Assembly: GCA_947168655.1 (NCBI GenBank)
Contig: CAMVMU010000002.1
Coordinates: 15,561 to 79,560, forward strand
DNA: 64,000 bases
Source of the DNA: an uncultured Oscillospiraceae bacterium
Lineage (GTDB): Bacteria; Bacillota; Clostridia; Oscillospirales; Oscillospiraceae
Reading direction: 5' to 3'
The notes beneath the pieces are model-generated. The model was given only the letters and a program-made list of their open reading frames with translations, was not told where the DNA came from and ran no database searches. Below are positions 58,492-64,000 of the stretch, one piece after another. Within the stretch, counting starts at the first letter, position 1; each line of letters begins with the position of its first letter. A program made the translations under genes and the position numbers.

Positions 58492-59190
58492 ATGTTGACA
58501 CCGCAGGAAGTTTCCACCAAAGCGTTTCCCAAGTCCTCCTTTGCCACCAGCGGTTACCAGATGGCTGCCGTGGATGAATTTCTGGACACGCTGACAGAGG
58601 ATTACACGTCTCTTTACAAAGAAAACGCTACCCTCAAGAGCAAGCTGAAGGTGCTGGCTGAGAAGATCGAGGAGTACCGCGCCACCGAGGACGCCATGCG
58701 CTCCACCCTGCTGGCCGCTCAGCGTATGGCCGACAAGATGAAGCAGGAGGCGGAGACGGAGAAGGCCCAGATCCTGGAACGGGCCCAGGCCGACGCTGCT
58801 GACCGCATTGCCCAACTCAACGAGGAGACCCGCCAGGCCGAAGAACGTCTGGAGCTGGGCCGCCGCAGCCTGGGCGATTTTCTCGTCCGTGCCAAGGAGA
58901 TCTGCGCACAGCAGGCGGAATTTTTGGCCGCCCTGCCGGAGATGCCGGTGACCAAGAGCGCACCCGTGGTCTCCTCCGAGCCCGTGAGCGAGCCCACCAT
59001 CGTGGTGGACGAGCCCACCGTCGCCGTGGAGGAGCCCGCCCCCGCCGAGGCCGAGCCCGTGGCGGAGGAGGAGCCTGCCCCTGCCGAGCCCGAGGTCCCC
59101 ACCGGCGACACCGCCGTGTTCCCCCGGGATTTTAAGCTGAGTCTGGACCAGCTGAAATTCGGCCGCAACTATCAGAGCGGCCAGGAATAA
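58492..59190 (+). CDS. divIVA: DivIVA-domain protein
   Basis: MLTPQEV...F....GY....VDEFLD plus coiled coil. Confidence 0.88.
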   Translation: MLTPQEVSTKAFPKSSFATSGYQMAAVDEFLDTLTEDYTSLYKENATLKSKLKVLAEKIEEYRATEDAMRSTLLAAQRMADKMKQEAETEKAQILERAQADAADRIAQLNEETRQAEERLELGRRSLGDFLVRAKEICAQQAEFLAALPEMPVTKSAPVVSSEPVSEPTIVVDEPTVAVEEPAPAEAEPVAEEEPAPAEPEVPTGDTAVFPRDFKLSLDQLKFGRNYQSGQE

Positions 59191-59194
59191 ACCC

Positions 59195-59226
59195 GAAAAA
59201 AGCGGCTCTGCGGAGCCGCTTTTTCC
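59195..59226 (+). terminator. Intrinsic terminator
   Basis: GAAAAAAGCGGCTC-TGCG-GAGCCGCTTTTTTC. Confidence 0.85.
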
Positions 59227-59246
59227 CTGGAAGCAAGGAGTTCCCT

Positions 59247-60122
59247 ATGAAGCCCATTATCGCCCTGCTGTACGATTTTGACAAAACCCTCTGCACCACC
59301 GACATGCAGAATTACGCCTTCATCCCGGCTCTGGGCATGACGCCTGCGGAGTTCTGGTCCCTTGCCAACAGCTTTGGCCGCGAAAACCACATGGACGGCC
59401 TGTTGGCCTACATGTATACCATGATCGCCGAGTGCCGCCGCCGCGGGCTGCGGTTGGATCGTGACTTTTTGATCCGGTGCGGCCACAGCATCCAGCTGTT
59501 TCCCGGCGTGACGGAGTGGTTTGCCCGCATCAACGCTTTCGGCGAGAGCCAGGGCGTGGAGATCGAGCACTACGTCCTCTCCTCCGGCCTCAAGGAAATT
59601 ATCGAGGGCAGCGGCATCTGCCACGAGTTCAAAAAGGTCTACGCCTGTGAATTCCTGTATGACGCCGAGGGTCTGGCCTCCTGGCCCAAGCTGGACGTCA
59701 ACTTCACCAATAAGACCCAGTTCATCTACCGCATCAACAAGGGCGTGCTGGACGTCAGCGACGACCGCACCCTCAACAGCTCCATGCCCGATGACAGCAA
59801 GCGCATCCCCTTTACCAATATGGTCTACATCGGGGACGGCCTCTCCGACGTGCCCTGCATGAAGATGATGCGCTCCTACGGCGGCCAGGCCATCGCCGTG
59901 TATCAGGACAGCAACCGACAGGGCGTGGAGGAGCTGCTCAGCCGCCGCCGGGTGGACTTCATCTTTCCCGCCGATTACCGGGAGGGCACGGATCTGGATC
60001 TGACCGTGAAGAACGTCATCCGCAAAATGTCCATCGCGGACGCCTTGGCCGAGGAAAACGCCCGCCAGTTCCGCCAGATCGGGCAGTACGACCTTCCCGA
60101 GCAGGAGAGCCTGTTCGACTGA
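59247..60122 (+). CDS. HAD-family hydrolase
   Basis: YDFDKTL, LSSG, YIGDGLSDVPCM. Confidence 0.88.
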   Translation: MKPIIALLYDFDKTLCTTDMQNYAFIPALGMTPAEFWSLANSFGRENHMDGLLAYMYTMIAECRRRGLRLDRDFLIRCGHSIQLFPGVTEWFARINAFGESQGVEIEHYVLSSGLKEIIEGSGICHEFKKVYACEFLYDAEGLASWPKLDVNFTNKTQFIYRINKGVLDVSDDRTLNSSMPDDSKRIPFTNMVYIGDGLSDVPCMKMMRSYGGQAIAVYQDSNRQGVEELLSRRRVDFIFPADYREGTDLDLTVKNVIRKMSIADALAEENARQFRQIGQYDLPEQESLFD

Positions 60123-60137
60123 TAATCACAGAAAAAC

Positions 60138-60172
60138 AAGGCGCCCCGTTTTCGTGGAAAACGGGGCGCCTT
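60138..60172. terminator. Terminator hairpin
   Basis: AAGGCGCCCCGTTTTC-GTG-GAAAACGGGGCGCCTT. Confidence 0.75.
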
Positions 60173-60328
60173 CAGCATGTCAAAAAAGCCTCGCAGAGTT
60201 CGCGCCGCGCACGGCGCGAAGACTTTGATCGTTTTTTGCCGCGGCGTGAACGCGGCAAAATACACCGCTCAGCCTGCAAGTGTGCGAGCGTCTCACGCAA
60301 GCGAGTGCGCGCAGTAGGCTGCAATCCC
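60173..60328 (+). repeat. Dispersed ~160-bp hairpin-rich element, copy 2
   Basis: CAGCATGTCAA...TTCGCGCCG..CGGCGCGAA...TTTTTGCCGCGGCGTG...CTCAGCCTGC...GCGAGTGCGCGCAG shared with copy 1. Confidence 0.8.
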
Positions 60329-60365
60329 TTTGCTCAAAAACGGCATTGCCGTTTTTGAGCAGGAT

Positions 60366-62060
60366 TTATCTCAGATAGTTCAGCGGGTTCACAAACGTGC
60401 CGTTGAGCATGATGCCGAAGTGGCAGTGGTTGCCGGTGGACATACCCGTGGAGCCCATGCGGGCGATCTGCTGGCCGGGATACACGTGGTCGCCGGCGCG
60501 GACCAGCAGGGAGCTGTTGTGGCCGTAATACGTCTTATAACCGTTGCCGTGGTTGATGATGACCAGATAGCCGTAGCCGCCCTGCCAGCCGGAGTACTCC
60601 ACCGTGCCGCCGTCGGAGGCGCAGATCGGCGTACCGTAGCTGTTGCCGATGTCGATGCCCTTGTGGAAGGGGGACGCTCCGGCGATGGGGATGGGGCGAT
60701 AGCCATATCGGGACGTGAGAACGCCGTTGCAGGGCCAGCGGAACACACCCGTGGGCAGCCAGTAGGGCCGCTCCTTGGTCCCTCTGGCCTGAACCTCCGC
60801 CACCGGCTGCACCAGCATGGCCCGGGCCACCACCTGCCGGCCTCTCTCCTCGCCGTTGACGTATGTGACGTTGGAGGTCACATCCTCCTTGCCATACTCG
60901 CCGGGGGACAGGACCTTGCTGTCGCCCTGATACATGTTGGGGTCATCCTGATACGTCACCTCGTAGGGCACGTCCATCACGACGCTCTGCCGCTCCACGT
61001 CCACCACCGTGAGATAGGGCACGGCCCTGGATACGGTGAGCACGTCGCCCACGTGCAGCATATTCACGTCGTAGCCGGGGTTCATGTCCAGCAGTTGGGA
61101 CAGCGTCAGGCCGTATTTGTCCGCGATGCCGTAATAGGTGTCTCCCGCCACCACGGTATAGTTGATCTCGCCCTGCTTGGTGTCGTTGACCAGTTCGGCG
61201 ATATAGCCCAGGTTCCGAATGTCGCTGCATGCCACGTACCCCTGCTTGATATCCACGGTCTCCACAAAGCTGCACTCCACCGTGTTCTCCGTGATGTAGC
61301 CCTTTTTCAGCTGTGACAGCAGCTCTTCCAGAGCGCCGGAATGGCGCGTTGCCGCCACCGCCTCTCCATCCACGTACAGTGTACAGCCGTAGTCGATCAG
61401 CCCGATCTCCTTGGCAAGAGCCACCTGCAGGGTCTCCCTGGATGCCACGCCCTTTCGATTCACCAGTTTTCGCCGGGTCTCGATCAGCTCACCGTCAACT
61501 TTGTAACCAGGCGTGTTCAAGGTCTGGCGGGTGATGCTCTCCACCCAGATCACGGCTCGGTCCACCTCTTTGTCGCCCGCCACCACGCACAGCTCCGTGC
61601 CATCGTAGGATACGGCCGTGCCTATGGTATACAGCGACAGCGCAACGGCTGCTGCAGCCACAGCCATGGAGCCAACAAGGAAAATCGCCGGATGGATGCG
61701 CATCTCCTCCAGCCTGCTGCGAATCACCCCGGAACCCCGGGCAGACCGCTTGCGGCGACGCAAGAGCCCCTCGCCCAGCAGGCTGCCCAACCGCGGCATC
61801 ATGCCGCGCAAAAACAGCAGCCACTGCACCAGGCCGTAGTCTGACTCAGGGAAGCGGCTGTCGCGCCGCTCCAGCAGCGCGCGCCGCGCCTTGCCGGGCA
61901 GCGCCGCAGCCCCCCGCAAAAGGCCCCAAACCCGCCGGCCCAGCCGCGCCAGATTTTTCCAGGCATAGCTCAGCAGCAGACCGCAGATCTGTATGAACTT
62001 TTTGGCCCAGGTGCGCACCTTGTCGACCCCGGTCCTTTTCTTTTGGATCTGTCTGTTCAT
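60366..62060 (-). CDS. M23 peptidase with LysM and G5 domains
   Basis: YTVVAGDT (LysM), G5 region, HKGID, YGHNS, HCHF. Confidence 0.92.
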   Translation of the reverse strand: MNRQIQKKRTGVDKVRTWAKKFIQICGLLLSYAWKNLARLGRRVWGLLRGAAALPGKARRALLERRDSRFPESDYGLVQWLLFLRGMMPRLGSLLGEGLLRRRKRSARGSGVIRSRLEEMRIHPAIFLVGSMAVAAAAVALSLYTIGTAVSYDGTELCVVAGDKEVDRAVIWVESITRQTLNTPGYKVDGELIETRRKLVNRKGVASRETLQVALAKEIGLIDYGCTLYVDGEAVAATRHSGALEELLSQLKKGYITENTVECSFVETVDIKQGYVACSDIRNLGYIAELVNDTKQGEINYTVVAGDTYYGIADKYGLTLSQLLDMNPGYDVNMLHVGDVLTVSRAVPYLTVVDVERQSVVMDVPYEVTYQDDPNMYQGDSKVLSPGEYGKEDVTSNVTYVNGEERGRQVVARAMLVQPVAEVQARGTKERPYWLPTGVFRWPCNGVLTSRYGYRPIPIAGASPFHKGIDIGNSYGTPICASDGGTVEYSGWQGGYGYLVIINHGNGYKTYYGHNSSLLVRAGDHVYPGQQIARMGSTGMSTGNHCHFGIMLNGTFVNPLNYLR

Positions 62061-62222
62061 CGGGCGTCCCCTAAAAGTTACAAATTCGTTACAAAATGTA
62101 TGATAACCGCTTTTGCCCCTTCCGTCAAGATAATTCTGCTTTTTGTTCCGTTTTTATTTACATTTTCGAATACAGGGAGTATAATAATCTCCCTGTATTT
62201 GAAAAAAAGAAGGTCAATTTTC

Positions 62223-62900
62223 ATGTCAACTGACTTTTCCCGCACTCTGAGCCTGCTGCGGCAGGAGAAGGGATTATCCCAGCGGAAGGCGGCCGCCGCA
62301 CTGGGCATCAGCCAGGCGCTGCTGAGCCACTATGAGAACGGTATTCGGGAGCCCGGCCTGGGCTTTGTGGTAAAGGCCTGCGACTTCTACCACGTGTCCG
62401 CCGACTATCTGCTGGGCCGCACCCTCAGCCGGGACGGTGCCATCATCGGGGCGGACGATCTGTACGACTCCACCGCCGAGAAGGGGTCGCTGAAGGGCAG
62501 TATCCTGGCCACGCTGCAGAAAAAGTTGGTGGTGAACACCGCCAACGTGCTCTTTGATCTGCTGGGCAAGCTGAACAGCCGGGAGGCCATCAACGCCGCC
62601 GGCGACTATCTCAGCGCCGCCCTCTATCAGATGCTGCGCCAGCTCTACCGCCGCGCTGGGGCCAACGAGGAGTTTTTCGCCGTTGACAGCGCTGATTTTG
62701 ACGCCGGACTGGTGAACGCCGACCTCAGCGCCAGCAAGGTCCGCTATCTGCGGGCGCTGGACGCCTGCCCCAGGGACAGCTTCCCCCCCATTTCAGGCGA
62801 GACGCTGACCGCCGACTATCCCGGGCTTGGGCAGAGCGCCGCCCAGGTCATCCACAACACCGACGCACGGGCCCGGAAGCATCTGGACGCCCTGCAGTGA
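62223..62900 (+). CDS. XRE-family HTH regulator
   Basis: LRQEKGLSQRKAAAALGISQALLSHYENGIREP...VSADYLLG. Confidence 0.88.
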   Translation: MSTDFSRTLSLLRQEKGLSQRKAAAALGISQALLSHYENGIREPGLGFVVKACDFYHVSADYLLGRTLSRDGAIIGADDLYDSTAEKGSLKGSILATLQKKLVVNTANVLFDLLGKLNSREAINAAGDYLSAALYQMLRQLYRRAGANEEFFAVDSADFDAGLVNADLSASKVRYLRALDACPRDSFPPISGETLTADYPGLGQSAAQVIHNTDARARKHLDALQ

Positions 62901-62921
62901 CACAGAATTTGAGGTAACACC

Positions 62922-64000
62922 ATGTTTGATCAATCCAAGATCCGCAATTTCTCCATCATCGCCCACATCGACCACGGCAAGTCCACGCTGGCCGACCGCC
63001 TGCTGGAAAAGTGCAACGCCGTGGCGGAACGGGACATGGAAAACCAGCTCCTGGACAACATGGACCTGGAGCGGGAGCGGGGCATCACCATCAAATCCCG
63101 GGCGGTGCACCTGCTGTACACCGCCGCCGACGGGGAGACCTACGCCCTAAACCTCATCGACACACCGGGCCACGTGGACTTCAACTACGAGGTCAGCCGC
63201 TCCCTGGCCGCCTGCGAAGGCGCCGTCCTGGTGGTGGATGCCACCCAGGGCGTGGAGGCCCAGACGCTGGCCAACACCTATCTCGCCATGGAGCACGATC
63301 TGGAGATCCTGCCGGTGTTCAACAAGATCGATCTGCCCGCCGCCGACCCCTTGAAGGCCAAGCAGGAGGTGGAGGACATCATCGGCCTGCCCGCCCTGGA
63401 CGCGCCGGAGATCTCCGCCAAGCTGGGTCAGAACATCGACGCCGTTCTGGAGGATATCGTGCAGAATATCCCCGCCCCCTCCGGCGATCCCGACGCGCCG
63501 CTCCGCGCGCTGGTGTTCGACAGCCAGTATGACCCCTACGTGGGCGTGGTGGTGCTGTTCCGCATCATGGAGGGCACCATCCGCAAGGGCATGACCGTGC
63601 GCCTCATGGCCAGCGGCGCCGAGTACACCGTGCTGGAGTGCGGCTACCTCAAGCCCCTGAGCAACGAGCCCACCAACGTGCTCCAGGCCGGCGAGGTGGG
63701 CTATTTTACCGCCAGCATCAAGAATGTGAAGGACACCCAGGTGGGCGACACCATCACCGGCGCGGACAATCCCGCCGCAGAGCCGCTGCCCGGCTATCGT
63801 CCCGCTCAGTCCATGGTCTACTGCGGCATCTACACCGAGGACGGCAGCAAATACCCCGACCTGCGGGACGCTCTGGAGAAGCTGCAGCTCAACGACGCCT
63901 CCCTGACCTTTGAGCCCGAGTCCTCCGTGGCGCTGGGCTTCGGCTTCCGCTGCGGCTTTTTGGGCATGCTCCACATGGAGATCATCCAGGAGCGGCTGGA
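62922..64000 (+). CDS. lepA: Elongation factor 4 (LepA), truncated by the window end
   Basis: Translated by hand from ATG 62922: [26 protein letters not shown]...ERERGITIK...DTPGHVDF...NKID...[14 protein letters not shown]. Confidence 0.96.
   Translation, partial: MFDQSKIRNFSIIAHIDHGKSTLADRLLEKCNAVAERDMENQLLDNMDLERERGITIKSRAVHLLYTAADGETYALNLIDTPGHVDFNYEVSRSLAACEGAVLVVDATQGVEAQTLANTYLAMEHDLEILPVFNKIDLPAADPLKAKQEVEDIIGLPALDAPEISAKLGQNIDAVLEDIVQNIPAPSGDPDAPLRALVFDSQYDPYVGVVVLFRIMEGTIRKGMTVRLMASGAEYTVLECGYLKPLSNEPTNVLQAGEVGYFTASIKNVKDTQVGDTITGADNPAAEPLPGYRPAQSMVYCGIYTEDGSKYPDLRDALEKLQLNDASLTFEPESSVALGFGFRCGFLGMLHMEIIQERL

Overview
GC-rich Clostridia-like chromosomal window (probably Oscillospiraceae; inference from gene content and codon style). 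Core genes flank both ends: mfd and cysK on the left; rluD, lspA, miaB-mutS-mutL-miaA-hfq, yggS-sepF-divIVA and a partial lepA on the right. About 41 kb of accessory DNA lies between convergent tRNA loci (Thr/Tyr on +, Val on -). The main feature is a ~22.5-kb minus-strand cluster (21291-43793). It encodes an XRE regulator, a VirD4/TrwB-like ATPase plus a degenerate paralog, a GrpE-like protein, three non-canonical Hsp70s, a J-like/Zn-ribbon/FN3-like protein, three Zn-ribbon GTPases, a GAP1-N2-like protein and an embedded GH-E nuclease/DUF2185 pair. Two of the Hsp70s share an apparently identical 1230-bp ATPase module but carry unrelated C-terminal domains. A divergent gene fuses an RNA polymerase alpha-CTD-like domain to an AAA+ ATPase. 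A second candidate system is a ~205-nt nested-stem RNA directly downstream of a DIP1984-family gene. Several MITE/REP-like intergenic repeats are present. All family assignments come from reading motifs by eye; no searches were run.
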